From Patescibacteria group bacterium (GTDB lineage: Bacteria > Patescibacteriota > Patescibacteriia > UBA9934): 64,000 nt of DNA. The position numbers and the translations under genes were made by a program. Positions 28,950-39,800 of the stretch are shown one piece after another; the stretch's first letter is position 1, and each line of letters opens with the position of its first letter. The notes under the pieces were generated by a model, which saw only the letters and a program-made list of their open reading frames with translations, was not told the origin of the DNA and searched no databases. The stretch lies in NCBI GenBank assembly GCA_041659765.1, contig JBAZXR010000001.1:467338-531337 (forward strand), in the 5' to 3' direction.

Positions 28950-29090
28950 TTCTTGTGTTCAGGACTCTTTTCGCCCTCCTCATGACTCTCCGCATGCTAT
29001 TTCTCCAGTTTTTTGTCATTAAAAAGATGTGTTTTTGGTGCCTTTTGTCATTTGATATGTTCATCATTATTCACTAGTATTACCGGTTCA
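28950..29090 (+). pseudogene. Frameshifted relic of a second VKOR C-terminus
   Basis: Translates RTLFALLMTLRMLFLQFFVIKKMCFWCLLS then after a +1 shift LICSSLFTSI; aligns to GTFLATVMTIRLLYVQFFIIKKMCFWCLISSFCVLGMTAM. Confidence 0.8.
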
Positions 29091-29130
29091 CGTTTCACGG
29101 AATGTTTCTTGCAATTCCCCCAAAACCTCC

Positions 29131-29167
29131 ACCCCGGAACCAACGTGGTTCCGGGTGTTTTTTTTTT
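29131..29167 (+). terminator. Intrinsic terminator between VKOR and uvrA
   Basis: CCCGGAACCA-ACG-TGGTTCCGGG followed by T10. Confidence 0.8.
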
Positions 29168-31697
29168 ACTTCAAGTATTTCTTCAGATACTGACCGGTGA
29201 AACTTTTTGGCTTGCGGGCGATGTCTTCCGGCGTACCAACAGCCACGACTGTCCCACCAAGGTCACCTCCTTCAGGACCCATGTCAATCAGCCAGTCAGC
29301 AGTTTTAATCACGTCGAGGTTATGTTCGATAACGACCATCGTATTCCCCTTATCGACTAAACGATGGAGTACTTCGAGCAACTGCTTCACATCGTCGAAG
29401 TGTAAACCCGTCGTCGGTTCATCGAGGAGGTAAAGCGTCTTCCCGGTTTGTCTGCGGGCGAGTTCGGAGGCAAGTTTTACGCGCTGAGCTTCGCCACCGG
29501 ATAAAGTAGTCGCACTCTGGCCGATTTTAATATAGCTCAAGCCGACCTCGTTCAAGGCTTTTAGCTTCGTGTCGACATCCGGAATATCCTTAAAGAACTT
29601 CGCCCCCTCTTCGACCGTCATTTCTAGCACGTCCGAGATGTTTTTATCCTTGAAAGTTACTTCGAGCGTTTCACGGTTAAAGCGCTTGCCCTTACACACT
29701 TCACAGGTCACATAGACAGTCGGCAGGAAGTGCATTTCAATTTCGATTAACCCATGTCCTTCGCAATGCTCGCAACGACCGCCGGGTACGTTGAAGCTAA
29801 AGCGACCGGGCTTGTAACCGCGGAATCTTGCCTCCTCAGTCGACGCAAACAAATCGCGAATCGGTCCCCACGCCCCCGTGTACGTCGCAGGGTTCGAACG
29901 AGGCGTACGGCCAATGGCGCCTTGGTCGATCAAAATAGCCTTGTCGATATATTCCACGCCTAGCACGGCCGTCGCTTTCCCGCCCTTATCTTTTCCGCCG
30001 TTTAATTTGTGATTAATAGTTTGATACATCACGTCATGCGCCAAGGTCGATTTGCCCGAACCCGAAACGCCGGTGACGCACACAAATTTACGCAACGGGA
30101 AATCAACATCTACATTCTTCAAGTTATTTTCGACGGCTCCACGAACCTTAATTACGCCGTGTTCTTTCGTTCGTCGTTCTGCGGGAACAGGAATCTTCAA
30201 GTCGCCACGCAGATACCCCGCCGTTCTTGATTTCTTGTCTTTGAAAATCTCGGGCGTGGTACCAATAGCGACCACCTCTCCCCCATGAACGCCGGCTCCG
30301 GGACCAATCTCGACCATGAAGTCACAGGCACGAATAGTGTCCTCGTCATGTTCAACGACGAGCACGGTATTTCCGATATCACGCAAGTTTTCAAGTGTCT
30401 TAATTAGACGCTCGTTATCTCTTTGATGCAGGCCGATGGTTGGCTCGTCGAGCACATACATCGCGCCGACCAATTTCGATCCAATCTGCGATGCAAGACG
30501 AATACGCTGTGCTTCGCCACCGGACAATGTGCCGGCCGTACGGTTGAGCGTCAGATAATGGAGGCCGACATCTAACATGAAGCTCATGCGGTTTTCGATT
30601 TCCTTCAAAATGGTCGCCGCAATTACTTGCTCACGCTCGGTCAGTTTCAATTCGAGGAAGAATTGGATGGCTCCGTCAACTGAAAGATTCGTCACGTCGA
30701 CGATCGATTTACCGCCAACGTAAACGTGCAACGCTTCTTCGCGCAGACGTTTGCCGTGACAGGTCAGACACGGCTCGTCGGAGAATAACTCGACGGTTCC
30801 CAAGCCTGAACACGCCGGACACGCGCCATACGGCGAGTTGAACGAAAACAAACGAGGTTCGATCTCGGGGAATGAGAAACCGTCATCAGGACAGCTGAAT
30901 TTACTTGAAAGCAATCGATCTCCGTTCGGTGTAAGCACCTGAACTAGGCTCTGACCGCGATCAACAGCCTGCTCGAGTGCATCGCTCAAACGCTGGCGTG
31001 CGTCAGGAAGTGCGCTCGCCGGAATAGTGTCGATCACGACTTCGATTGTATGTTGCTGATACCGCGAGAGTTCGATCTTCTCGCTCAAGCGGTGCATCTT
31101 GCCGTCGATTCTAACTTTCGCAAAACCAGAATTATAAAGATCGTAGAGCAACTGGTAGTACTCGCCCTTGCGACCGCGGACGACTGGGGCAAGAATGACG
31201 ACCTCGCGGTCGTATTTGCCCTCACCCCTACCCTCTCCCCTACGGGGAGAGGGAGAAGCGACCATTAGATCCTTCAGAACGATGTCGACCATTTCGTCGA
31301 TCGTCAGTTTTTCGATCTTACGACCACACTTAACACAGTGTGGTTCGCCGACGCGGGCGTACAAGACACGCAGGTAGTCGTAAATCTCGGTAATGGTGGC
31401 GATCGTACTCCGAGGATTCCGTGAGTGCGCTTTCTGGTCAATGGAAATCGCGGGCGAGAGACCCTCGATTTCATCTACATCTGGCTTCTGCATGCCGCCC
31501 AAAAACTGGCGAGCATACGCCGAGAGAGATTCCACATACCGGCGCTGACCTTCAGCAAAAATGGTGTCAAAAGCCAGGCTGGATTTGCCCGAACCAGAAA
31601 GGCCCGTAAAACATACGAGCTTGTTTCTGGGGATCTCAAGCGAGATATTTTTCAGGTTATGTTCCCGGGCACCTTTGATTTTTATCTTGTCTTGCAT
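29166..31697 (-). CDS. uvrA: Excinuclease ABC subunit A
   Basis: [25 protein letters not shown] x2, DEPT, zinc fingers; start MQDKIK. Confidence 0.98.
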   Translation of the reverse strand: MQDKIKIKGAREHNLKNISLEIPRNKLVCFTGLSGSGKSSLAFDTIFAEGQRRYVESLSAYARQFLGGMQKPDVDEIEGLSPAISIDQKAHSRNPRSTIATITEIYDYLRVLYARVGEPHCVKCGRKIEKLTIDEMVDIVLKDLMVASPSPRRGEGRGEGKYDREVVILAPVVRGRKGEYYQLLYDLYNSGFAKVRIDGKMHRLSEKIELSRYQQHTIEVVIDTIPASALPDARQRLSDALEQAVDRGQSLVQVLTPNGDRLLSSKFSCPDDGFSFPEIEPRLFSFNSPYGACPACSGLGTVELFSDEPCLTCHGKRLREEALHVYVGGKSIVDVTNLSVDGAIQFFLELKLTEREQVIAATILKEIENRMSFMLDVGLHYLTLNRTAGTLSGGEAQRIRLASQIGSKLVGAMYVLDEPTIGLHQRDNERLIKTLENLRDIGNTVLVVEHDEDTIRACDFMVEIGPGAGVHGGEVVAIGTTPEIFKDKKSRTAGYLRGDLKIPVPAERRTKEHGVIKVRGAVENNLKNVDVDFPLRKFVCVTGVSGSGKSTLAHDVMYQTINHKLNGGKDKGGKATAVLGVEYIDKAILIDQGAIGRTPRSNPATYTGAWGPIRDLFASTEEARFRGYKPGRFSFNVPGGRCEHCEGHGLIEIEMHFLPTVYVTCEVCKGKRFNRETLEVTFKDKNISDVLEMTVEEGAKFFKDIPDVDTKLKALNEVGLSYIKIGQSATTLSGGEAQRVKLASELARRQTGKTLYLLDEPTTGLHFDDVKQLLEVLHRLVDKGNTMVVIEHNLDVIKTADWLIDMGPEGGDLGGTVVAVGTPEDIARKPKSFTGQYLKKYLK

Positions 31698-31732
31698 ATA
31701 GAATAGAGACGCACACATACTTAGGAGGCAAC

Positions 31733-32116
31733 ATGGGCGGCGGAGGACTAACAAGCGTCTACGGTGAACCGATTACAGAACCCGAGGACTCACTCCCGCG
31801 AGATCTCTCGACCGTGACCGAGACGGCCGACCCGGGTGGCGACTTTGTGGGCCGGGCAGAGGCGCCGGCACACAAGTCCTACGGGCCGTGGTGGGAGCAG
31901 CTCAAGCCGCACAGAAACGCGATCAAGAAGCCGCGGCACCAAGAGGAGTTTGACGAACTCATGACCATCTGCGTCAAGTCAGAAGAACCAGGCATGGGTA
32001 GTCTGCGCGGTGCGTGCGTCCGCCAGCTGCGTATCTTCTACGCTAAATATCTGCACGACGAACAGGCCAATCTGGAATCTACCCTCAGCGAACTTCCGGA
32101 AAGCCTCACGGCGTGA
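31733..32116 (+). CDS. Hypothetical protein inserted antisense between uvrB and uvrA
   Basis: AGGAGG SD; 127-aa ORF; terminator at 32125-32165. Confidence 0.65.
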   Translation: MGGGGLTSVYGEPITEPEDSLPRDLSTVTETADPGGDFVGRAEAPAHKSYGPWWEQLKPHRNAIKKPRHQEEFDELMTICVKSEEPGMGSLRGACVRQLRIFYAKYLHDEQANLESTLSELPESLTA

Positions 32117-34163
32117 CCTTCTTCCGAGCTCCCCGGTTCTTACCGCGGGGGCTCGTACTTTTTTTAGCAGCTAATTCTTTTTCTAACTCGACTAGTTCGT
32201 CACGTAACAACGCAGCTGTTTCAAAGAGCAAATTCTCGGCCGCCCGTTTCATGTCATCTTTCTTGTCCCGGATAGCTTCTTCGAGTTCTTCTGGGCTAGC
32301 CGTCATTTCAATCTTCAGAATCTTCTTCACCTTTTCTTCATCGATTCCATCCGCGCCGAGCATCTTTCTGATATCGCCGATTTTTTTCTCGATGCTCTTC
32401 GGCGTAATGCCGTGGTCAGCGTTGTACTTGAGCTGAATCTTTCGACGTCTATCTGTTTCAGCGAGTGCTCGATTGAGTGAGCCGGTCATGTGATCGGCAT
32501 AGAGCAGGACAAGTCCGTTCACGTTACGAGCCGCACGACCGATTGTTTGAATGAGCGACGTTTCGCTACGCAGGAACCCTTCTTTGTCCGCGTCGAGAAT
32601 ACCGATCAGCGACACCTCCGGCAGGTCGAGTCCTTCACGCAACAAGTTCACGCCAACCAACACGTCATACACGCCTTTACGCAAGTCCGACAAAATGGTG
32701 ATGCGTTCGAGTGTTTCGATGTCGGAGTGGAGATAGGCGACGTTCATGCCATCCTCCTTCAAATAACCCGCCAGGTCCTCGGCCATCTTTTTGGTTAACG
32801 TCGTAATCAACGCTCGTTCACCCTCCGCGACTCGCACTTTGATGCGCGCCATGATGTCTTTCACCTGTCCGGGATAGTCGTCAGTGGCGGTTACCGGCAA
32901 AATAATGGTCTGCGGATCAACGAGTCCAGTAGGACGAATGATCTGTTCGACAATGGCGTTTGACGTCTCGCGTTCGTACGGGCCAGGCGTGGCGGACACA
33001 TAAAGGGTCTGTCCCGTGCGCTCAATAAATTCATCAAACTTCAGTGGGCGGTTGTCCTTAGCGCTCGGCAAGCGGAAGCCGTGATCGACGAGCGTTTGTT
33101 TACGCGCTTGGTCACCGGCGAACATGCCGCCAATCTGCGGCAGCGTGACGTGGGATTCATCAATGATGGTCAGAAAGTCTTTCGGGAAGTACGAGATTAG
33201 ACTCGACGGCGGTTCGCCCACAGTGCGACCGTCAAAGTGACGCGAATAGTTTTCAATGCCGTTACAGTATCCAATATTTTTGATCATCTCCAAATCATAC
33301 TTTGTCCGGCGCGACAAACGCTCATACTCAAGTACTTTTCCTTCAGCGTCGAGTTCTTTCAGGCGTTCGGCGAGTTCATGCTCGATGGCCCGGTACGCTC
33401 GCTCTCGCTCATCGAGTGAAGCCATGAAGTGTTTGGCGGGAAAAATCCAAGTGTCTTTCAGCTTCTCGTCGATCTCTCGCGTAATGTGATTTAATCTAAA
33501 AATTTCCGCAATCTTAGAACCGTCGAAAACTATTCTGAACAAGATTTCCTCGTTCACCGGCATGATTTCCACCACATCGCCGCGCGCACGGAAATGGCCT
33601 CGCGTGAGGTCAGTGTTAGTGCGTGTGAACTGCATATCAATCAGCTTGCGCATCATCTCGTCGCGCTCAACTATGTCACCCTCGATCAAATGCAATACTT
33701 CTTTCTCATATGCTTCCGGCGAACCTAAACCATAAATGCAGGACACCGAAGCGACGATGATTACATCGCGTCGGGTCAAGAGCGCCGAGGTAGCTGCGTG
33801 CCGTAGACGATCAATCTCCTCGTTAATCGTCGCTTCTTTTTCAATGTAGGTATCCGTCCGCGGCATGTACGCCTCTGGCTGGTAGTAATCGTAATACGAA
33901 ACAAAATACTCAACAGCGTTGTTTGGAAAAAACTCTCTAAACTCCTGACACAACTGCGCGGCCAACGTCTTGTTATGGGCAATGACGAGCGTAGGGCGCT
34001 GAACATTCTGAATCACGTTCGCCATGGTGAACGTTTTGCCGGAACCCGTAACTCCAAGAAGAGTCTGTCTATCCAGACCTTTATTGAGTCCGTCGGTCAA
34101 CAACTCAATCGCCTTTGGCTGATCTCCGGCTGGTTTGTACTCAGATTTAAGATCGAACTTCAT
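32106..34163 (-). CDS. uvrB: Excinuclease ABC subunit B
   Basis: [49 protein letters not shown]. Confidence 0.98.
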   Translation of the reverse strand: MKFDLKSEYKPAGDQPKAIELLTDGLNKGLDRQTLLGVTGSGKTFTMANVIQNVQRPTLVIAHNKTLAAQLCQEFREFFPNNAVEYFVSYYDYYQPEAYMPRTDTYIEKEATINEEIDRLRHAATSALLTRRDVIIVASVSCIYGLGSPEAYEKEVLHLIEGDIVERDEMMRKLIDMQFTRTNTDLTRGHFRARGDVVEIMPVNEEILFRIVFDGSKIAEIFRLNHITREIDEKLKDTWIFPAKHFMASLDERERAYRAIEHELAERLKELDAEGKVLEYERLSRRTKYDLEMIKNIGYCNGIENYSRHFDGRTVGEPPSSLISYFPKDFLTIIDESHVTLPQIGGMFAGDQARKQTLVDHGFRLPSAKDNRPLKFDEFIERTGQTLYVSATPGPYERETSNAIVEQIIRPTGLVDPQTIILPVTATDDYPGQVKDIMARIKVRVAEGERALITTLTKKMAEDLAGYLKEDGMNVAYLHSDIETLERITILSDLRKGVYDVLVGVNLLREGLDLPEVSLIGILDADKEGFLRSETSLIQTIGRAARNVNGLVLLYADHMTGSLNRALAETDRRRKIQLKYNADHGITPKSIEKKIGDIRKMLGADGIDEEKVKKILKIEMTASPEELEEAIRDKKDDMKRAAENLLFETAALLRDELVELEKELAAKKSTSPRGKNRGARKKVTP

Positions 34164-34333
34164 ATGAATAGACAAAGGCCCCAAGAGCCGGGGCTCTAGG
34201 GGTATGTTCGTATTTTGTACGGTTACAATAACATGGCTCTTTTCTGGTGTCGAGAGTTGTCCACAAATTCGTTGAATAAAAAAAACGGCTCTTCCCGGGT
34301 GGGCAGAAGCCGTCACTGGCACAGAACTCCCAG

Positions 34334-34972
34334 CTAACTGTCCGCCACCCGCTCCTTCAGGTACTTCCGGAATATCGCCGAAACCTCTCGTCGCTCCCGC
34401 GGAGCGAGCAGGGGCAGAAAATCTCGGGGAGCATATTCCTTCTCTCGTTCGACTGACCCGAGGAAAAGAATCTGGTAGCTAAGGTCGGACGTTCCATTCT
34501 TTGGAACGGTCACCGCGTAATCACCGATCCCGCGGATCCGTAGAATGCGAACCGTCTTTGATTCATCGTCGCCGAGAGCGAGATGTAGGCCGTTCGCCAT
34601 ACCCACCTCCTCTTCAGGAGCGAACTGTACCTTGAGGGTGCCGTGATTGGACACAGTTTTCTGTATTTTCAGACCACGCTCCTGGCTAGCGCGCAGCAGA
34701 TCGGCATAGGTAATGAGCTGCTTCCCGTAGGCCGATACCCGCTTGCCCACAACGTGAACCAGGGCAATAAGCACCACCACGCCCAGAACACCAGTGCAGG
34801 CCACCAAGAAGGTCCGAAAGGCATACGGCGCCGAATAGACCTGCCAGAACACCAAGATATCGCCGACGAGCACGATCAAGAAAATAGCAACGAAGCTCAA
34901 CAGGGAAAGCGCGGCAAAGATCACCGCTTCAGTCCATGACGGAACACGAATGTCGTATTTTGACTTCTTCAC
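34334..34972 (-). CDS. Hypothetical membrane protein (2 TM)
   Basis: TTGACA-17-TAATAT promoter, GGAGG SD before GTG, terminator at ~34279-34313. Confidence 0.65.
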   Translation of the reverse strand: MKKSKYDIRVPSWTEAVIFAALSLLSFVAIFLIVLVGDILVFWQVYSAPYAFRTFLVACTGVLGVVVLIALVHVVGKRVSAYGKQLITYADLLRASQERGLKIQKTVSNHGTLKVQFAPEEEVGMANGLHLALGDDESKTVRILRIRGIGDYAVTVPKNGTSDLSYQILFLGSVEREKEYAPRDFLPLLAPRERREVSAIFRKYLKERVADS

Positions 34973-35167
34973 GTTTCCTCCAAAAGGCCTGCTTATATTA
35001 GCGAAAAAAATAAGAATTGTCAAGCGATGAGCTCAAGGTTTAAAGCCTCACCCAACATCTGCCGGGGGTTCGGTAAATTACTAGGATTAATGGGGTTTTC
35101 GTTTGACAAAACTGAAAAAATATGGCTAAATATGGCCACGTTTTTTGGATCAACTCGGAGGTACTCC

Positions 35168-35662
35168 ATGGAAATGACCGATGCGCTCGCCGCAGTCTTT
35201 GACCCGCATTACTCAAACCCCCGGCTGCAGGCGCTCCGCGACCTCATGCGGGATCCGGCGTGGGCGGCGATCATCACGGATCACGAAGTGACCCGGATCA
35301 CCGGAAACCCCAAGGACTACGTGGAAGTGACCATCCTGACCGCGAGCGTGCTCCTCAAGTCCCCCATGGCGGGCGTGGCGCTCGAGCGACTGCAGGAATA
35401 CCTGACGTCGTCCACGACATTTAACCAATCGATGGTCAGGCTCCGAGTGATCACAGTTGCCGGCGACACCCTTTGCTTGCGCAGGAACTTCATACGTGAG
35501 CTCAGTGAACTCATTGACGTACTCGAAAAAACGCTCGTAAGCGTCGCCCTGAGCTGGCCTCGGGAGAATGAGAAAGACGCTGAAACCATCCTCGACGGCC
35601 GTGCACTCGACGCCTTCCGCAGGCGGTGCATCAAGGAAGGTCTCGAGAGCGTAGGCGCGTAA
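35168..35662 (+). CDS. Hypothetical protein
   Basis: TTGACA at 35103, GGAGGT SD, terminator-like hairpin 35686-35724. Confidence 0.65.
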   Translation: MEMTDALAAVFDPHYSNPRLQALRDLMRDPAWAAIITDHEVTRITGNPKDYVEVTILTASVLLKSPMAGVALERLQEYLTSSTTFNQSMVRLRVITVAGDTLCLRRNFIRELSELIDVLEKTLVSVALSWPRENEKDAETILDGRALDAFRRRCIKEGLESVGA

Positions 35663-35722
35663 CGCCCAGAGGGCCCGTACCCAGTATCCCCGCTTACCGT
35701 AAAAAGTAAGACGGGGATTCTT

Positions 35723-36214
35723 TTAACCGTTGGTCTTAGCAATTACCATTTCGACAACATCCATAGCACCCGCTGGAACCTTCTTGCGCCAGTCGTGATT
35801 TTTTGAAGCGATCATCTTGCGGATGTCCTCGCCCACAATCCCGGGAACAGGGACAATTTTCTTAGTGGCGATCTTTTTGTTCTCGAAAATTTTACGCACA
35901 TTCTCGTCGCCGCTCCAGACAATTGCGTCGCTTGGGTTTCCGGCAGCATCAAGAACGTGATGCGCCCATGACTCATCTGACTCCGTGTCTTTCACCGCCA
36001 CAATAGTCGCGTCCATGATGTCAGCCGACAATAACGCAGCGCTAATCATCTCGCGGCGTTCATCAAGTGAAAATGGATCTTCGGCACTTCTTGGGTCTTT
36101 GGCTTCGCAAATAACAATGGTCGCGTTGCCGCAGGCCTTCATCATGCCCTGGACCACCATGAGATGGCCGTTATGAAAAGGCTGAAACCGACCGGGAAAG
36201 ATACAGATGTCCAT
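35723..36214 (-). CDS. Nicotinamide-nucleotide adenylyltransferase (NadM-like, cytidylyltransferase fold)
   Basis: GRFQPFHNGH, DPFS..ER..MI, W...VP motifs. Confidence 0.82.
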   Translation of the reverse strand: MDICIFPGRFQPFHNGHLMVVQGMMKACGNATIVICEAKDPRSAEDPFSLDERREMISAALLSADIMDATIVAVKDTESDESWAHHVLDAAGNPSDAIVWSGDENVRKIFENKKIATKKIVPVPGIVGEDIRKMIASKNHDWRKKVPAGAMDVVEMVIAKTNG

Positions 36215-36237
36215 AAGAAAAGGTGTTAGGTGGTAGG

Positions 36238-37014
36238 TTATGGGTTGCCTGACAATAATTCTTGCAGAACAGCCGGTGGCACGTCAATCTCAGAAATCTC
36301 ATTCGTCCACTGAGAATCTTGAGCCAAGTCTTCAAGATGTGAAATCTCGTGGGCATCTTGTCCGGCGATAGTAGACATGATCGTATCAACGGCAACTGGA
36401 TCCAGACTGGCTAGAAAACCTTGCCCAGACAGAATACCATCACGCAATGAAGCGTGGCAGGGGTATGAGCGGAAAAGAAAGGCCAGTAAACGTTCTCGCT
36501 CAAGCAGTGATAACGCCTCAATGAATGGCCCCTTGCTCCAGCTTCTGCCCTGTGAGGTTTCGCGTGACGGGACTACCCAAGTACCGAGCCCCCAATCAGC
36601 CACGCTCCCGAGAGCCATTCTAAACGGTGCTTGAACTGCCGTCTTGGCTCGACGTATATGGAGCCCTCCCCCATCAGCTCGCACAAAATCCTGCTCGACA
36701 ACCTCATCTTTGGTTAAATCTAATAAATGCACGTTCGAATATAAGTTAGGTATCTCCTCAAGTCCGGCTGCTTGGAAGGCCTTCATAGCGCCCCTCTCTG
36801 GCGCATCACCAATGACTACCGGGGCATTCGTATAAAGGCGTAGAACGTCGAGTGTGCCCCTTAAACTCTCAAGTACGTCTCTTGAGACATCCACATACAC
36901 AAAAACATAACTGGCGTCCTTCAGTTTTCGCAAAAACTCATGCCCCAAATCATCCACTGCCTTCCGGGCAGCTCGACGTTTATCCTCCCCCTCAGTGAAC
37001 GCTACGTGAACCAT
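36238..37014 (-). CDS. DUF362-like protein (degenerate)
   Basis: VVIGDA, ASLDPVAVDTI...G motifs typical of DUF362. Confidence 0.6.
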   Translation of the reverse strand: MVHVAFTEGEDKRRAARKAVDDLGHEFLRKLKDASYVFVYVDVSRDVLESLRGTLDVLRLYTNAPVVIGDAPERGAMKAFQAAGLEEIPNLYSNVHLLDLTKDEVVEQDFVRADGGGLHIRRAKTAVQAPFRMALGSVADWGLGTWVVPSRETSQGRSWSKGPFIEALSLLERERLLAFLFRSYPCHASLRDGILSGQGFLASLDPVAVDTIMSTIAGQDAHEISHLEDLAQDSQWTNEISEIDVPPAVLQELLSGNP

Positions 37015-37084
37015 AGTATGGGTATGGTACAACAAAAAAACACCGGTGCAGGACAAAAAAATCCAACCTTGCGGTTGGATTTTT

Positions 37085-37158
37085 TGGTTCGGGGACTTGG
37101 AATCGAACCAAGATTCATGGCTTCAAAGGCCACTGTCCTGCCGTTAGACGATCCCCGA
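37085..37158 (-). tRNA. tRNA-Gln(TTG), CCA encoded
   Basis: TCGGGGA...GTGGC-CTTTGAA-GCCAT...GGTTCGATTCC...TCCCCGAACCA cloverleaf. Confidence 0.95.
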
Positions 37159-37208
37159 GTAGTTGAAAACTTGGGAAATCGTACTCTATCGCGCCGGAAA
37201 AATCAACC

Positions 37209-38120
37209 CTAGATCTTCAAATATTTTCGCATAGCCATGAAAGACGTGGCCATGCTTAAGAACGACAAGGTCAAGAACTCGAGCAAAAAGAGGATCGGCC
37301 CCTTGGAGTAGAAGAAACCTAACAGATTTAAATCCACGCCAGCAAAAAAAGCGTTAATGGCTGGCTGCCAAACTTTCAATAAGCCATACATCAGACCGGC
37401 GACTACCGCCGTGGCCACCAATGAGTAAACAACCCCCTCTATCAAAAATGGAGCGCGGATAAACCAATCATGCGCACCAACTAGCCGCATGACGGCTATT
37501 TCATCGCGATGCACATAAATAGCCACGCGAACCGTGTTAAAAACCATCAGGAGCGCGATCATAGCGAAGAAGCCGGCCACGATCAGTCCACCGTAACGCA
37601 CTTTATCACTGAGCGCGGTCAGAGACCGCACTACATCCTCATAGTCAGCCTGGCCGGTCTCCTCAATGTGCGGTGAGAACTCAGGAGTATTAACCGCTTG
37701 AAGAATAAACGGAATATCAGCCGGCGACCGAGAGCTTACCCTTAAAGTGTCGCCGAGCGGGTTAGAGCCGATTTCGTCGAGCGCGGCCAGAATATCGGCG
37801 TCACCGGCATGCTTGGCCTTGAAATCAATCAATGCTTCATCGGCCGGTACGGCGATGACTTGCTTGACCTGAGCCAGCCCGGTCAAATAACCGCGAATGG
37901 CCGCCTGAGTATCCTGGCTAGTGCCTTTTTTCAAATAAACGTCTACATGAACCCGGCTCTCTATTGAGCTAATAGTGGACTGACCCACTACGTTCATAAA
38001 CACAACAGCGTTCACGGTGATAAGTGTCAGGAGAAAAACGCTAGTCGTCACAAAGGACAACCAAAAGTTTCTAAAAATGCTCTGAAAAGCGAATTTAATG
38101 GTGCGCAGAATGGATCGCAT
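37209..38120 (-). CDS. ftsX: Cell division permease FtsX
   Basis: FRNFWLS, NPL, FNTVRVAIY..RDEI.VMRLVGA...FIRAPFLIEG. Confidence 0.93.
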   Translation of the reverse strand: MRSILRTIKFAFQSIFRNFWLSFVTTSVFLLTLITVNAVVFMNVVGQSTISSIESRVHVDVYLKKGTSQDTQAAIRGYLTGLAQVKQVIAVPADEALIDFKAKHAGDADILAALDEIGSNPLGDTLRVSSRSPADIPFILQAVNTPEFSPHIEETGQADYEDVVRSLTALSDKVRYGGLIVAGFFAMIALLMVFNTVRVAIYVHRDEIAVMRLVGAHDWFIRAPFLIEGVVYSLVATAVVAGLMYGLLKVWQPAINAFFAGVDLNLLGFFYSKGPILFLLEFLTLSFLSMATSFMAMRKYLKI

Positions 38121-38121
38121 A

Positions 38122-38805
38122 TCAGACAATGTGATATTTACCGTGAGCAGCATCACCAGCAATCTTGCCCCGGTTGATACTAATCACTCGACGATTCAAA
38201 GCGTTAACAATGTCTCGATCATGAGTTACGAGAACGACAGTCGTGCCGAACTCATTAATCTTTTTTAAGAGCGATAAAATCTCCTGCGCCGTAATAGCGT
38301 CGAGATTTCCAGTCGGCTCATCGGCCAGCATGATCTTTGGCCGGTGAACCAGCGCCCGGGCAATTGAAACACGCTGCTGCTCGCCTCCCGAAAGTTCCTG
38401 CGGGAAGCGGTGGCCTTTTTCTCCCAGGCCGACAATCTTTAAAACATGCGGAACTACCTCGCGAATCCGAGCTCCTGGTGCGCCAGCGACTTCTAAAGCA
38501 AAGGCTACGTTCTCGTACGCGGTTTTCTGCTGTAATAATTTGAAATCCTGAAAAACCATCCCAATCTGCCGGCGCAGGCCCGGAACGTCTGCCCTGTGGA
38601 TATTTGTGATATCCCAATCACCAACCTTAACTACCCCCGCCGTTGGCCGTTCTTCGGCAAACAAAATCTTGGCGAGCGTAGACTTCCCGCTGCCAGAAAC
38701 GCCAACAACGGACACAAACTCCCCCGACCGAATATGAAGACTCACGCCATCCAAGGCGCGGATATCTGGCTTATAGACCTTAGAGATGTTTTCGAACGTG
38801 ATCAT
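38122..38805 (-). CDS. ftsE: Cell division ATP-binding protein FtsE
   Basis: [41 protein letters not shown]. Confidence 0.95.
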   Translation of the reverse strand: MITFENISKVYKPDIRALDGVSLHIRSGEFVSVVGVSGSGKSTLAKILFAEERPTAGVVKVGDWDITNIHRADVPGLRRQIGMVFQDFKLLQQKTAYENVAFALEVAGAPGARIREVVPHVLKIVGLGEKGHRFPQELSGGEQQRVSIARALVHRPKIMLADEPTGNLDAITAQEILSLLKKINEFGTTVVLVTHDRDIVNALNRRVISINRGKIAGDAAHGKYHIV

Positions 38806-38891
38806 GTAGAACTAGTATAGCAGAGGCCAAAGCTGCGCAGGATGGGGCAGCTAGACGCATAAATAGGCCTATGCTAGTATTCTTCGCGATT

Positions 38892-38966
38892 GCAGGAGTA
38901 GTTCAGTGGTAGAACATTTGCTTCCCAAGCAAAGGGTCGCGGGTTCGAGTCCCGTCTCCTGCTCCA
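38892..38966 (+). tRNA. tRNA-Gly(CCC)
   Basis: GCAGGAG acceptor, TTTGC-TTCCCAA-GCAAA anticodon arm, GGTTCGAGTCC, CCA. Confidence 0.95.
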
Positions 38967-38970
38967 ATAC

Positions 38971-39046
38971 GCCGATTTAGCTCAGCTGGTAGAGCAATGC
39001 TTTCGTAAAGCAGAGGTCCCGAGTTCAAATCTCGGAATCGGCTCCA
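38971..39046 (+). tRNA. tRNA-Thr(CGT)
   Basis: GCCGATT acceptor, TGCT-TTCGTAA-AGCA, AGTTCAAATCT, CCA; terminator 39049-39081. Confidence 0.95.
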
Positions 39047-39080
39047 GGAAAAATCATTCCGCAAGGGATGGTTTTTCTTT

Positions 39081-39800
39081 TTACCACACAAATATCCACG
39101 GGCGGTTGTTTTTGGCGGATTTGGTGATGATTTCTGGGAGTTCTTTCTTTTTTAAAGCAATGCCGTAAACACGAGGAATATCTGAAACTTTAGTCAGTAG
39201 CCAATAGGCGTCCGAACCGTTCAAAGTTTCCGAAACATCTTTAACGGACAAACTAAAAATCGGGCTCATCCAGGCCGGCGATCCGCTGACAGTCACGTTT
39301 CCCAAGTCGCCGTTCAGCCTAGCCGATGAATCTTCCGAATAGCGCATGGCCGCATCCGTAAACGGGAGACCATCGTTCACGATCCTCGAGCGTAAACCGT
39401 CCAACCGCAGCTTCACGTCGGACTGCAGTTCGATCGACGAAAATACAGCGGCATTCGCGGCCTTGGAAAGCTCGACAACCCCGGCCACGGGATCTTCGCG
39501 GTTTCGTTGGTCAAACGGAGCCTTCGTTTGCTTCAGGATGTTCCGCACTCGAGCTTCGTAAACCGTTTCTTGCAGACCAAGTTCAATCGCCTCGCCTTTC
39601 TTCATCGAAACGTCCTCGTTGCGAGCGACTTGAGCAAACGCAGCCACGCGCGGGTACCAAATAAGTCGACCGCCGACCACGCCAGCCGGTAAAACAAAAT
39701 GCGACAGTGATAGAAACGGACCCGACAACGGATGAAAAACAAAAACAATAAAATTTAGACCCAAATAACCCGCCATGAGGAGACGAACCAATGTCCTCAT
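39081..39800 (-). CDS. Parvulin-type peptidylprolyl isomerase (PrsA/SurA-like)
   Basis: F..AA.RYSED.SA..NGDLG, VSE; N-terminal TM. Confidence 0.78.
   Translation of the reverse strand: MRTLVRLLMAGYLGLNFIVFVFHPLSGPFLSLSHFVLPAGVVGGRLIWYPRVAAFAQVARNEDVSMKKGEAIELGLQETVYEARVRNILKQTKAPFDQRNREDPVAGVVELSKAANAAVFSSIELQSDVKLRLDGLRSRIVNDGLPFTDAAMRYSEDSSARLNGDLGNVTVSGSPAWMSPIFSLSVKDVSETLNGSDAYWLLTKVSDIPRVYGIALKKKELPEIITKSAKNNRPWIFVW

Noticed and set aside
28770-29090. Diversity-generating retroelement TR/VR pair at VKOR
   Set aside because: Mismatches are not adenine-specific, look synonymous or conservative, and no reverse transcriptase is in the window
27073-31697. uvrC and uvrA as truncated pseudogenes
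   Set aside because: Both frames are intact with catalytic motifs; shortness is consistent with streamlined variants
34206-34220. LexA-like GTTC-N7-GTAC box upstream of uvrB
   Set aside because: Single imperfect instance, not seen upstream of uvrA or uvrC; cannot be supported
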